Of a stretch of DNA of 64,000 bases, positions 27,901 to 37,462 are shown piece by piece. The stretch is taken from the NCBI GenBank assembly GCA_016214745.1, contig JACRNW010000012.1, positions 4,368 through 68,367 of the forward strand, given 5' to 3'. The position numbers were made by a program, and so were the translations under genes. The stretch comes from Candidatus Falkowbacteria bacterium (GTDB taxonomy: Bacteria; Patescibacteriota; Patescibacteriia; XYB2-FULL-38-15). The notes below the pieces were generated by a model. The model did not search any database and was not told the DNA's origin. It was given only the letters and a program-made list of their open reading frames with translations. Every line of letters starts with the position of its first letter. Position 1 is the stretch's first letter.

Positions 27901-30018
27901 GGGATGTGCTTCGGCATGTTTCGGGGATTTTTTTAATTCCCGAATTTCATCGCGCAAAATGGCGGCCAGCTCGAATTGTAAATTTTTCGCCGCCTCTTTC
28001 ATTTGCCTTTCTTTTTCGTTTATAATTTCTTCAATATTTTTTCCTTTTTCGCCGATAACATCCAGATCCAAAATATTTTTAACTTTTTCTTTTTTATCTT
28101 CTTCGCCGACAATATCTTTGATTTTCTTTTGAATAGTTTTTGGTGTGATGCCGTGTTTTTTGTTATAGTCCATTTGCGTTTTTCGCCGACGTTCGGTTTC
28201 GCGGATGGCGCGTTCCATTGAGCCAGTCATTTGATCGGCATAAAGTAAAACTTGCCCGTGGACATTTCTCGCCGCTCGGCCAATCGTCTGGATAAGCGAA
28301 GTTTCACTGCGCAAAAATCCTTCTTTGTCCGCGTCTAAAATGGCGACTAGGGTCACTTCCGGCAGATCCAATCCTTCGCGCAATAAATTAACGCCGACCA
28401 GAATATCAAATTTCCCCCGGCGAAATTCAGTCAGAATTTTTATCCGGTCCAATGTTTGAACCTCACTGTGGATGTAGTTAACTTTAAATTTTTTTTCCGC
28501 GAGATATTCGCTTAAATCCTCGGCCATTTTTTTAGTCAGAGTCGTGACAAGGACCCGTTCGTTTCGTTTTACGCGGTCGGCAATTCGTTCCATTAAATCA
28601 TCAACTTGAGATTTTTCACCGGAATTTTTTGGTGTGATCGGGCGAACAATAATTTCCGGATCAATCAAACCAGTCGGTCTGATAATTTGTTCAACAACTT
28701 GTCCGCTTCGAGTTAATTCATAATCCGCCGGCGTGGCCGAAGTATAAATTGTCTGCGGCATTCGCGTTTCAAATTCGCTGAATTTCAGCGGCCGATTATC
28801 GGCGGCGGAAGGCAGACGAAAACCAAAATCAATCAACGCTCTTTTTCGCGAAGCATCACCGTCATACATTCCGGAAATTTGCGGCACGGTGACATGTGAT
28901 TCATCAATTACCATTAGCCAATCGGATAGGTTGTGGTTATTTTTGCCGGGGGATACGAATTGCGAATCTTTTACGAATTTACGAATTTGCAAATTCGCAG
29001 TTAATTCGTTATTCGTATCCTTTTGTGATGAGCGCGGGAAATAATCTAAAAGTGTCTCCGGCGGTTCGCCCGCGGCGCGGCCAGAAAGATGGCGAGAATA
29101 ATTTTCAATCCCATGGCAGTAGCCGACTTCTTTTATCATTTCTAAATCATAATTGGTCCGGCGCTCCAATCGCTCGGCTTCAAGCAGTTTTCCATTTTTA
29201 TTAAAATAATCCAAGCGGTCTTTTAATTCTTCTTTGATTGTTTTGAACGCTCGCTCGCGTTCCGGGCCCAGCGTGACAAAATGTTTGGCCGGAAAAATCC
29301 AAACGTCGGATGGTTCATCTTTTATTTTTCTTGTTACTGGGTCAATCGCAAAAATATTTTTTATTTTCTGGTTGGCGGACTCTACTCGGTAAATAATTTC
29401 TTGGTTCACGGGCATTATTTCCAAAGTCTCCCCACGCAAACGAAATTCGCCGCGTTTTAAATCGGAGTTAGTCCGGTTAAATTGCATGGTGATTAACTGG
29501 TTCAATAAATCAGCGCGGGTGATAGTTTGATCTTTAGCCAAATGCAAAACAATTTTTTCATAGGTTTCCGGGGCGCCCAAACCATAAATACAAGAAACCG
29601 AAGCGACGATGATTACATCGCGCCGCGTCAAAAGCGCCTGAGTCGCGGCGTGGCGGAGGCGATCAATTTCGTCATTGATCATGGCTTCTTTTTCAATGTA
29701 AGTATCGGTTCGCGGCAAATATGCTTCAGGTTGGTAGTAATCGTAATAGGAAACAAAATATTCCACGGCATTATCCGGGAAAAATTCTCGAAACTCATTG
29801 CAAAGCTGCGCCGCCAGGGTTTTATTGTGGGCGATGACAAGAGTGGGTTTATTGATTTTTGCGATCACATTTGCCACAGTAAAAGTTTTGCCTGAACCGG
29901 TGACGCCGAGAAGCGTTTGATGACCGTAATTTTTTTTCAAACCACTAACAAGTTCGGCGATTGCTTTTGGCTGATCGCCCGATGGTTTAAATTTAGATTT
30001 TAATTTGAATTTGTTCAT
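27880..30018 (-). CDS. uvrB: Excinuclease ABC subunit B. The start is reassigned to MNKFKLKSKF.
   Basis: The sequence reads GDQPKAIAELVSGLKKNYGHQTLLGVTGSGKTF, with helicase motifs, a DESH box, and a C-terminal UVR domain (ELAAILRDEIRELK). Confidence 0.95.
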   Translation of the reverse strand: MNKFKLKSKFKPSGDQPKAIAELVSGLKKNYGHQTLLGVTGSGKTFTVANVIAKINKPTLVIAHNKTLAAQLCNEFREFFPDNAVEYFVSYYDYYQPEAYLPRTDTYIEKEAMINDEIDRLRHAATQALLTRRDVIIVASVSCIYGLGAPETYEKIVLHLAKDQTITRADLLNQLITMQFNRTNSDLKRGEFRLRGETLEIMPVNQEIIYRVESANQKIKNIFAIDPVTRKIKDEPSDVWIFPAKHFVTLGPERERAFKTIKEELKDRLDYFNKNGKLLEAERLERRTNYDLEMIKEVGYCHGIENYSRHLSGRAAGEPPETLLDYFPRSSQKDTNNELTANLQIRKFVKDSQFVSPGKNNHNLSDWLMVIDESHVTVPQISGMYDGDASRKRALIDFGFRLPSAADNRPLKFSEFETRMPQTIYTSATPADYELTRSGQVVEQIIRPTGLIDPEIIVRPITPKNSGEKSQVDDLMERIADRVKRNERVLVTTLTKKMAEDLSEYLAEKKFKVNYIHSEVQTLDRIKILTEFRRGKFDILVGVNLLREGLDLPEVTLVAILDADKEGFLRSETSLIQTIGRAARNVHGQVLLYADQMTGSMERAIRETERRRKTQMDYNKKHGITPKTIQKKIKDIVGEEDKKEKVKNILDLDVIGEKGKNIEEIINEKERQMKEAAKNLQFELAAILRDEIRELKKSPKHAEAHPGDPMKE

Positions 30019-30214
30019 ATACGCAAAAAATTCCCCGAGATTCCTCCTCACTAAGGGAGGAGTGGGGCGTGTCTGTAAAGAAACGAACAGATTTTCGTTC
30101 TTATTGTAAGAGTATAGTAGCAAGAGAATTCGGCTTTGTCAAGCGCAACTTGACAAATGAGGGTTTTTTGATTTAAGATAGACAATCGCGAACAATAAGG
30201 GAGGGAAGGGAGGA

Positions 30215-31021
30215 TTGATCGTGAGCGAAGGAAACGCAGGGAGCAGTGTTGGGGGTTGTTCGGACGACAACCAGGTGGGCGACGACACGCTGACTGGCAA
30301 CAAAACTGGTCGGTACGAACTGCCGCTGGACGATCCGGATTTTCTTGGCGAGCTGTTTAGGACGGCAGAGGAAGAGGGCTTGGCCAAGACCTTCCAGGCT
30401 GGCGAGTGGATCTTCCATGCCGGCGAAGAGCCGGAGGAGTACTGGCTCATCGGCAAGGGTCGGGTAGCCCAGTACCGTGGAGGCAGCGATACGGGCAGTT
30501 GCATCAATGAGCTTGGCCCGCGGAGATTCCTCGGGGTGAGAGCGTTCCACCTCGGGATGCCGCATACTACCTCGGCTCAGGCCATTGAACCCAGCACTCT
30601 GATCAGGATCGGGGGATCCCTCTACGGCAAGTTGCTCAAAGTTCCGCGGTTCGTCTACCTCGTTATCCAGCAGCAGGAGAAGGAAATCTGCGAGGTGAGC
30701 GACGCGGTTCTGCGGAGTCGCGTTGACCTTGAAGCGCTGCAGCGCGAGGTCGCCACTCTCCGGAGGGATATTGAGCGATATGAAAAGATGTCGCCAGAGC
30801 AGCTGGCTCAGAGGAACGTTAGGGCCGGGGTGGCGGAACGGACTCTGCATCTTCTGGCGCCGGATCTTGTGGGGCTCGACAAGGACGTGGCAGAGCTTCT
30901 TGCCACGCTTCCGCCAGAAGTTCTGAAGGCGGTACGCAACAATCTCGTTTTTGGCAGGATTTTCGCCGCCATTACGAGATGTCGGAACCAGGTTCGGCCG
31001 CTCGAGTTTACCCGCAAGTAG
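30215..31021 (+). CDS. High-GC cyclic-nucleotide-binding domain protein with a C-terminal coiled coil.
   Basis: The cNMP-binding fold signature is FQAGEWIFHAGEEPEEYWLIGKGRVAQYR...GPRRFLGVRAF. An SD (aagggagga) is present. The ORF is about 62% GC. Confidence 0.55.
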   Translation: MIVSEGNAGSSVGGCSDDNQVGDDTLTGNKTGRYELPLDDPDFLGELFRTAEEEGLAKTFQAGEWIFHAGEEPEEYWLIGKGRVAQYRGGSDTGSCINELGPRRFLGVRAFHLGMPHTTSAQAIEPSTLIRIGGSLYGKLLKVPRFVYLVIQQQEKEICEVSDAVLRSRVDLEALQREVATLRRDIERYEKMSPEQLAQRNVRAGVAERTLHLLAPDLVGLDKDVAELLATLPPEVLKAVRNNLVFGRIFAAITRCRNQVRPLEFTRK

Positions 31022-31028
31022 GGGGTTT

Positions 31029-31066
31029 GCCGGTTGCGCGCAAGTGCGACCGGCTTTTTTTATTTT
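31029..31066 (+). terminator. Intrinsic terminator.
   Basis: The hairpin gccggttgcgcgcaagtgcgaccggc is followed by ttttttt. Confidence 0.7.
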
Positions 31067-31075
31067 GTGGGAAGT

Positions 31076-31145
31076 AAACCCCGCCCCGATTTTGCCCCTC
31101 ACCCAACCCTCTCCCCGATGGGGAGAGGACTAAGGTGAAGGGGGT
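31076..31145. repeat. GC-rich hairpin repeat, copy R-f.
   Basis: The sequence is cccctcacccaaccctctccccgatggggagaggactaaggtgaaggggg. It shares the CCCCTCAC and CTCTCCCC-GNNG-GGGAGAG modules with the copies at 37533, 50699, 4249 and 39826. Confidence 0.7.
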
Positions 31146-31149
31146 GTAT

Positions 31150-31899
31150 TTAAAAAAATTCTGCCGCGGCTTGTGGCTTTGGCAGAATAGTGAAGACGAA
31201 CTCGTGGGTTCTACGGTTAGGGCGGAGTGCATCCCGCGACAGGACATTTGGTCGCGGTCCACTCCCCGAGATCTTCGCCGGTGGAATCGCGAATGACTCG
31301 GCCAACCACATTTTCGTGATCGGCGAATTCGCCGAGGTAGTGCCAGTCGCCAGACCAGAAATCAATTTCTCGGCCGTTGATTTCCGGTTCAAAAGAAGCG
31401 GCTTCAAGTTCTCGCCCACGATACTTCGCACCGTGTGCGGCGGGCTGCAGATTTCCGGCAGGCATTCAACGCAACCCGCCTCAATCACTTCGCAGTTGTT
31501 CGTCACGCAGGCCATGACCGTGGCTTTGGGTTCCGTGTCGCCGCCGCGATCAAGAATGTCGGCGGTGGTTTGGATCAGAGCCGTGGCTTCCCGTCGCGTT
31601 TCAGCCGACGCGCCGTTCGGCGCGAGAGTCAAAAGCGTCGGATTGTCGGAAATTTGCCAGTCCACATCCTTGATCATGATACCGTACGAGTTGTAGACGT
31701 AGGCGTGAAGCTTGTAGTCACTGACGCTGGTCGTGTCGCCGGCGGGGACGACCGAGATGCCGTCTTCCGGCGGAGCGCAGTCGGAGACGATCGCTACTGC
31801 CATGGCGACGCTTGAATCGTTGGGACAGGGGTCAATGAACTCATTCCGGCAGCCGAGCGCCATTGCGAAAAGAACCGCGAACAACATCTTCGTCTTCAT
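31150..31899 (-). CDS. High-GC lipoprotein, hypothetical.
   Basis: The lipobox is FAMALGC and the SD is aaggaggg. It is Cys-rich and about 60% GC. Confidence 0.5.
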   Translation of the reverse strand: MKTKMLFAVLFAMALGCRNEFIDPCPNDSSVAMAVAIVSDCAPPEDGISVVPAGDTTSVSDYKLHAYVYNSYGIMIKDVDWQISDNPTLLTLAPNGASAETRREATALIQTTADILDRGGDTEPKATVMACVTNNCEVIEAGCVECLPEICSPPHTVRSIVGENLKPLLLNRKSTAEKLISGLATGTTSANSPITKMWLAESFAIPPAKISGSGPRPNVLSRDALRPNRRTHEFVFTILPKPQAAAEFF

Positions 31900-32041
31900 T
31901 TGTACCCTCCTTGCTGATTTTATTTTAGCAAAATATAAATAAAATTAAAAATATTTTTTTAAATAATCTTTCCCATGAACCGGAATTAACAAAAATTTCT
32001 CCCTTGACAATTCCCCCAGATTTGTTTAAATAGAATATTCT

Positions 32042-32299
32042 TTGTTTTATCCTTGGAGGAAGATGAGGAGGGAGGGAAAGGTGGAAAAAACAAAGCTAAA
32101 GAGGGGAGACACGTTGGAGTTCACGCTTGAGGGTAAGACCCTGAAGTGCGAAGTTTTGACCAAGATGTGCGTTGGTGACGCCGACCTCGTCGCGTTTTCC
32201 GTCGTCGGCCAGCCGGGCAGGAAATTCTACATCTACCTGCAACAGTTGCCGAACGGCAACCTGATCCAGAAGCCGGGGACCAAAATCTTCGGACATTAG
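32042..32299 (+). CDS. High-GC small hypothetical protein (the start may be the internal ATG/GTG after the ggaggagggaggg SD).
   Basis: A TTGACA promoter is at about 32005. A second 38-aa ORF (32321..32437) with its own SD (gggaggag) follows. A terminator hairpin (aaaaagaggccgactggcctcttt) is at about 32452. Confidence 0.4.
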   Translation: MFYPWRKMRREGKVEKTKLKRGDTLEFTLEGKTLKCEVLTKMCVGDADLVAFSVVGQPGRKFYIYLQQLPNGNLIQKPGTKIFGH

Positions 32300-32735
32300 C
32301 GGGGCGGCGGGAGGAGCGGATGGCCGCGATGAAAGTTCAAACCGGAGACAGGGTTGGACTTGGTCTTGGAAACCGGGATCATCGGGTTGGGGAGGTAGCC
32401 CATTTCTCGCACGAGAGGCCGAGGATCGTTTTCTGACGGTCCTCTTTTTTTGTATAAAAAAAGAGGCCGACTGGCCTCTTTCCCTAAAATTATTGGCAGC
32501 AGCAGGAACAACCCCTTAATCTTTTGGTGTGTTTGCGTAATTCTTTTCCCTTTTTAGTGTTTTTCAGAGCCTGTTTAGTTCTGGCTTTGGCCGCGCTATT
32601 TTGTCCCATATTATTTTTCTAATTAATTATGTAGGTGGCTTTACTTTAATATAATTATCCAAAGTAGTCAAATGTATTGATTTTTTAACGAAAATTTTGT
32701 ATAATTAAATACGCATTAATTAATAAATTTAAACT

Positions 32736-33506
32736 ATGGAAAACGCTTTAATTACGATTGGCATCATCGTGGCGGCGATTATTTTGGCTTCAATCAGACA
32801 AATCAACCAGTATCAACGAGGCGTGAAGTTCACAATGGGAAGATTTTCCGGCGTGCTGGCGCCTGGCTGGCGTTTAGTAATTCCCGTTTTTCAGTCCGCC
32901 AGAAAAGTTGATATGAGAATCAAGGCGGTTGACGTGCCGGATCAGGAAGCGATTACTAAAGATAATATTTCCGTCCGCGTGAACGCCGTGATTTATTACA
33001 AGGTTCGCGACGCGGAAAAAGTGATTATTGAAGTGGAAGATTTTGGTTATGCCACTTCGCAACTTGCTCAAACGACGATGAGAAACGTGGTCGGCGAAGT
33101 AAATCTGGATGAATTACTCTCCAGCCGCGAAGCCATCGCTGAAAAAATCAGAGAAATTGTTGACAAGGCCACTGACGCTTGGGGTATTGAGGTACATTCA
33201 GTGGAATTGAAAGACGTGACTTTGCCGGAAGAAATGAAACGGGTCATTGGCAAGCAAGCCGAGGCCGAGCGGGAAAAGAGATCGGTCATCATCAAGGCCG
33301 AAGGTGAAGTGATTGCCGCGGAAAATTTAGCCAAGGCCGCGAATACCCTGTCCGCTTCCGACGGCGCGCTGCATCTCCGCACTTTGAGTACGATTAATGA
33401 TGTTAGTTCTGACCAGTCAAACACAATTGTCTTTGCTATTCCACTGGAAATTCTACGGGCGTTTGAAAGATTGGGGAAAAAAGATAAAGAAAAAGAGCAG
33501 GTGTAA
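32736..33506 (+). CDS. SPFH/band-7 (stomatin-prohibitin-like) membrane protein.
   Basis: An N-terminal TM helix is followed by an SPFH core (YQRGVKFTMGRFSGVLAPGWRLVIPVFQSARKVDMRIKAVDVPDQEAITKDNISVRVNAVIYYKV) and a C-terminal coiled coil. Confidence 0.8.
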   Translation: MENALITIGIIVAAIILASIRQINQYQRGVKFTMGRFSGVLAPGWRLVIPVFQSARKVDMRIKAVDVPDQEAITKDNISVRVNAVIYYKVRDAEKVIIEVEDFGYATSQLAQTTMRNVVGEVNLDELLSSREAIAEKIREIVDKATDAWGIEVHSVELKDVTLPEEMKRVIGKQAEAEREKRSVIIKAEGEVIAAENLAKAANTLSASDGALHLRTLSTINDVSSDQSNTIVFAIPLEILRAFERLGKKDKEKEQV

Positions 33507-33520
33507 AAAATAATTTAAAA

Positions 33521-33557
33521 AACGTCCCGGGAAATCTGGGACGTTTTTGTTTTGTAA
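33521..33557 (+). terminator. Intrinsic terminator.
   Basis: The hairpin aacgtcccgggaaatctgggacgtt is followed by tttgtttt. Confidence 0.75.
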
Positions 33558-33631
33558 ATAAAAAAACTCCCGCGCGAACCGAAGTTCGGGGGAGTGGGGT
33601 ACGGTGGTGCTGTATGTGGCAGGCAGTGAGT

Positions 33632-33868
33632 CTAGCGCTTGGGCATAGGACCGATTTTGACTGCAGTGAGAAACTGACGGTCGGCTTCGGTACGGGTTCG
33701 TTCGAGTTCGGTCCAGTCGATGGGGTCTCCTTCGGGAATGCCAAATCCTTCGTCGTTGTAGTCCCCGGTATTGACAGAGCCGACTCGCTCCAGAAAGCGT
33801 TTGGCTCTCTCGGGAAGGCCGCTACCCAATGGTCGGCGGATTTCCTCATCCGTCAATGTCACCTTCAT
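33632..33868 (-). CDS. High-GC small hypothetical protein (78 aa).
   Basis: An SD (aaaggaga) precedes the ATG. The ORF is about 60% GC and sits as an islet between SPFH and PAP2 genes of native GC. Confidence 0.45.
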   Translation of the reverse strand: MKVTLTDEEIRRPLGSGLPERAKRFLERVGSVNTGDYNDEGFGIPEGDPIDWTELERTRTEADRQFLTAVKIGPMPKR

Positions 33869-33941
33869 GGCAAGTTCTCCTTTCTTGCTGATTAAAGTTT
33901 ATCAATTTCCATATTTTTTGTAAATAATCCCCCGCGCGGAT

Positions 33942-35600
33942 TTAAAGATAAATGAGATAAGCCTGGCCGTCGGTCGTGAAACTGTCGCCCGCGGCATTAG
34001 TTCCTTTTATTTCTCCAACCAGACCAATTTTTTGAAAGCTTCCGATGAGGCCAGTTTTTTCGAGGTCAGTCATAATAAATTCTCTCTCGGCGTCTATGTT
34101 AGGATTGATTTTATGAACAGGCAACTGAATAATCGGGCCAAGCTCCACACCCTGGTCAAAACTCGCCGTGGCCACCCAAACTTCAGTATTGTTTATTTTA
34201 TAATTGGTTTCCCAATATCGAGTATGGTGCCGCTGGCGGGCAGTGTTTAGTTCAGTTGATTTTTCAAAACCCAAGTCGTTGATTTTACTTTGATAAAAAG
34301 ACGGAGTCATGGGAGCGGTGGGATAATTTATATTTTTTGCAATGGCGGAAGATAATTTAAGAAAATTTTTTAAATTTGGCTCTTCGGCCCTGGACCAGCC
34401 GGCCGCAGTAAACAAATTAATTATTTGTTGTTTCTCGCCGATAACTATAAAACTGATTGGTTCCATTTTCTGGCCGAACAAGTCTTCGCTGTAGAGCGAT
34501 GCCGTTTTTGAAAAATCGGTCAGGGTGGTCTCCGCGAAGGCGTTAGCGGGTTGAATAATTTTTATTTTTCCGAAAGAAACAATAGAAAAAATCAAAAATA
34601 AAACAGTGAAGGCGGACAGCAATAATTTTTTCTCCGGCAAGGGCGCCGGTTTTTTTGCGGAAAATTTATTTTTAATTTCCGCGAAAGTCACGCCGAGCGC
34701 CAAAATCGCGAAACCCAAATACCAGCCCGCCAAAACGTCGCTTGGGTAATGGACGCCCAGATAAGTTCGGCTTAAACCGATGAGCAGAGCCAGCAGCAAA
34801 AATAAAATCAGGATAGAAATTTTTGAAAATTTATTTTTTAATTTTTTAAATAAAAGGTAGGCAATAAAACCATAAAAACAAACGGAGATTAGCGCATGGC
34901 CGCTCGGCAGGCTGTACGAAGTTGGCGAGGCGATTAAATTGGCGGCGATTGGCCTTGGTCGGTGAAAAATTATTTTCGCGATATAAGACAATAAAAAACC
35001 GCCGGCCGTGGTGGCGATTAAATATTGGGCGGCCTTTTTATTTTTAGTGATAAAAAGATAAGCGGCGGCCAGCGTTAGCCCGACGACGATTGTCTGCCAA
35101 TTAGCCAGATTAGTAAAAAAGACAAAGAAGTAATCCAGTTTTTCCGAAGTCGTGGCGTGCAACAAAGAAATAATTCGTCGGTCGGCAAAATACAACGGAT
35201 CTTTAAACCAGATGTCCTGGATGATGCCGAGAAAAAGAAAGAAAAAGACAGCGCTGATAATGATACCGAGAGTTAAATACCACCCGGTCGGCCGGTCAGC
35301 TCTTATCCTGTTTATGAAAAATTGGTAAAGTCTTGGCCACTTAATTTTTATTTTGTGGTTAAACGCCTGCCATTTTTTGTTTGATTTTATGCGTTCAATG
35401 ATCGCCCGCGCCAAGGTTATTATTTTTGCTTTGTGCTGCAGAAGGAACGACAAAATAATTTCCCATAAAACAATAACAAGGGCAACAAGCAGAATAAGAA
35501 TATTTAAAGCTAATCCCCAGTAACTAAAATACCGAAACATTTCTACGGATACATATACTACCGCAATGGCAAGAATAATTTTTAGAATTGTTTTCACCAT
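33942..35600 (-). CDS. Membrane protein with a PAP2 phosphatase domain and a C-terminal extracytoplasmic domain.
   Basis: PAP2 motifs are present (KIIFHRPRP ... PSGHA ... SRTYLGVHYPSDV). There are multiple TM helices. Confidence 0.7.
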   Translation of the reverse strand: MVKTILKIILAIAVVYVSVEMFRYFSYWGLALNILILLVALVIVLWEIILSFLLQHKAKIITLARAIIERIKSNKKWQAFNHKIKIKWPRLYQFFINRIRADRPTGWYLTLGIIISAVFFFLFLGIIQDIWFKDPLYFADRRIISLLHATTSEKLDYFFVFFTNLANWQTIVVGLTLAAAYLFITKNKKAAQYLIATTAGGFLLSYIAKIIFHRPRPIAANLIASPTSYSLPSGHALISVCFYGFIAYLLFKKLKNKFSKISILILFLLLALLIGLSRTYLGVHYPSDVLAGWYLGFAILALGVTFAEIKNKFSAKKPAPLPEKKLLLSAFTVLFLIFSIVSFGKIKIIQPANAFAETTLTDFSKTASLYSEDLFGQKMEPISFIVIGEKQQIINLFTAAGWSRAEEPNLKNFLKLSSAIAKNINYPTAPMTPSFYQSKINDLGFEKSTELNTARQRHHTRYWETNYKINNTEVWVATASFDQGVELGPIIQLPVHKINPNIDAEREFIMTDLEKTGLIGSFQKIGLVGEIKGTNAAGDSFTTDGQAYLIYL

Positions 35601-35604
35601 AAGT

Positions 35605-35991
35605 TTAGGCGGCTCGTGTTATTTTTTTCTTTTTGAACCAACCAATCAGAAATAAAATTCCTATAAGAAATGCAGGCCCATCAAGTACTAGCGATATAGC
35701 GAGAGTAATATACCAGGGGTTAATGTTTTCTCTTAGAATTGAAAATACCATGTGTGCTATACCTGCAATAATAAAAGCAATCCCGCCAACTACCTCATAT
35801 TTCCAGGATATCCATATTATCACTGCTAATGTCAGTGCAGGGATATTGTGTAATAATAAACCTAAAATAGTTTGCCAAAAGCCTAAATTTTCATCAAAAA
35901 CATCCCCTGAAAGTATTGTTAAGAATAAAACTAGTATTATTGATAAAATTCTTGGCGTCCAATATACAAACTTATTAATTTTTTTCTCCAT
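35605..35991 (-). CDS. Small four-TM membrane protein, hypothetical.
   Basis: Hydrophobicity pattern only. Confidence 0.4.
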   Translation of the reverse strand: MEKKINKFVYWTPRILSIILVLFLTILSGDVFDENLGFWQTILGLLLHNIPALTLAVIIWISWKYEVVGGIAFIIAGIAHMVFSILRENINPWYITLAISLVLDGPAFLIGILFLIGWFKKKKITRAA

Positions 35992-36076
35992 ATATTTTTA
36001 TTAAGGGATAAATCTATTTTAATTATACTCTCTTTTCCAAAACCAAAACACCCCGCAGTATCGCGGGATGTGTTGG

Positions 36077-36151
36077 TGGGGTGGCTACTGGGAGTTGAAC
36101 CCAGGCCAGTGGGACCACAACCCACTGTTCTACCGTTAAACTATAGCCACC
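36077..36151 (-). tRNA. tRNA-His (anticodon GTG).
   Basis: It has a G-1 extra nucleotide, acceptor GGTGGCTA/TAGCCACC, anticodon loop TTGTGGT, T-loop GGTTCAACTCC, and an encoded CCA. Confidence 0.75.
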
Positions 36152-36152
36152 A

Positions 36153-36228
36153 TGGTGACCCCGCTAGGAATCGAACCTAGATATCCAGCTTAGAAGGCTG
36201 GTGTTCTATCCATTGAACTACGGGGCCG
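36153..36228 (-). tRNA. tRNA-Arg (anticodon TCT).
   Basis: Cloverleaf: GGCCCCG-TA-GTTCAATGGATAGAAC-A-CCAGCCTTCTAAGCTGG-ATAT-CTAGGTTCGATTCCTAG-CGGGGTC-A-CCA. Confidence 0.75.
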
Positions 36229-36322
36229 TAATAAGTTAAAAGTTTAAAGTGAAAAGTTAAAAGTTTTTGAGTAAATTATTTTTTAATATAACAAACAATT
36301 TTCAGATTGTCAATCGTGAATT

Positions 36323-36499
36323 TCTCCCCTTAAGATAAGGGGAGATTAAGAGGGGTTATGAGCGGTGGATTTTAGTGGCCGGTTCATAACGCCCCCGCCC
36401 GCCACGCAAGCCAGCCCCGCCTGCAACGCTATGCTTGCATTAGCGGGCAGGTTGCTGGCGTTGCGGGCAGGCCCAGCCCCTCTTACCTTAAGAGGGGAG
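36323..36499. repeat. Structured GC-rich direct repeat, copy 1, flanking the xer gene (related to the R-a/R-b core).
   Basis: It is nearly identical to 37648..37827. The end hairpins are tctcccctta-ag-taaggggaga and cccctctta-cc-ttaagagggg. The core is gctggcgttgcgggcagg. Confidence 0.8.
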
Positions 36500-36502
36500 T
36501 TA

Positions 36503-37420
36503 TCATTTCCCGCGTCGGCGGCCGTGAAAACTTTTGTGCACGTCGCGAAGTTGTTGATTTGTGATATGCGTATAAATTTGCGTAGTAGTAATGGAAGAAT
36601 GGCCGAGCATGGCCTGGACCGAACGGATGTCGGCGCCGTTCATCAATAAATCCGTGGCGTAAGAATGGCGCATGGTGTGCGGCGTAACTTTTTTGGTGAT
36701 GCCGGCGATTTTAGAATATTTTTTTACGAGCCGTTCCACGCTCCGGGGAGTGAGAGCCGCTTCACTCTCATGCGCCCGGTCGTGGGAAACGAACAAAAAC
36801 GGTGAAACGTCTTGGCGCGCCTCCAGATATTGTTTGACCCAAAACTTGGCCTGGTTTGATAAAAAGACTATGCGCGGTTTGTCGCCCTTGCCGCGGACTG
36901 TAAATTCCTCTTTTTTTAAATTGACTTGTTCTTTTTTTAAATTTGCCAGCTCAGAAACGCGGAGTCCGGTGGAAAAAAGCATTTCCACAATCGCCTTGTC
37001 TCGTTTTTTTATAATTTCCGGCGTCTCGGCGAGCGTTGGCGCTTCAAGTAGCCGCTCCAAATCGCTTCCTTCTAAAAAATCCACCACGCGTTCGGGCATT
37101 TTGCCCAATTCAATTTTTTCCGCAGACAAAGTTTTGATGTCGCGCTTGGCCAGATATTTCAAAAAAGCTCGTAGGGCGATCAGATGATAATTTTGCGTAT
37201 TCTTTTTTAATTCTCTTCCTGTTTCGTCGGCAAAACGATTAAGCCAAAGGCGATACTGCCTAACCTTTTCTTGGGTAATGCCGGAAGGGGAGGAATTGCC
37301 TGCCCACTCGTTAAACCTTTTTAAATAAAAATCATAATTCCGTATGGTCTTGGAGGAACGGTTTTTTTCTATTTCCAAATATTCCAGAAATTGAGTGATC
37401 AAAGTGTTGAGGTTGGCCAT
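36503..37420 (-). CDS. xerC: Tyrosine site-specific recombinase, XerC/XerD-like.
   Basis: The N-terminal SAM-like domain reads FLEYLEIEKNRSSKTIRNYDFYLKRF. The catalytic C-terminus reads HTMRHSYATDLLMNGADIRSVQAMLGHSSITTTQIYTH. Confidence 0.85.
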   Translation of the reverse strand: MANLNTLITQFLEYLEIEKNRSSKTIRNYDFYLKRFNEWAGNSSPSGITQEKVRQYRLWLNRFADETGRELKKNTQNYHLIALRAFLKYLAKRDIKTLSAEKIELGKMPERVVDFLEGSDLERLLEAPTLAETPEIIKKRDKAIVEMLFSTGLRVSELANLKKEQVNLKKEEFTVRGKGDKPRIVFLSNQAKFWVKQYLEARQDVSPFLFVSHDRAHESEAALTPRSVERLVKKYSKIAGITKKVTPHTMRHSYATDLLMNGADIRSVQAMLGHSSITTTQIYTHITNQQLRDVHKSFHGRRRGK

Positions 37421-37462
37421 AGAGGATTTTTAGTGTCGCACAATTATATTTTACTACACATT

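Noticed and set aside
30173-31102. 309-aa antisense ORF and other long antisense or alternative-frame ORFs in high-GC segments (e.g. 4230..5120 -, 4496..4897 +, 2327..2818 -, 3143..3709 -, 53304..54032 -, 49667..50491 -)
   Set aside because: High GC depletes stop codons. These ORFs lack RBSs, are Arg/Pro/Ala-rich, and overlap better-supported genes on the other strand.
36077-36228. Possibility that the two adjacent minus-strand tRNAs are a tmRNA or tRNA-like mobile-element end
   Set aside because: Both fold as complete canonical cloverleaves (His with G-1, Arg-TCT) separated by 1 nt. No additional tag-coding or pseudoknot sequence is present.
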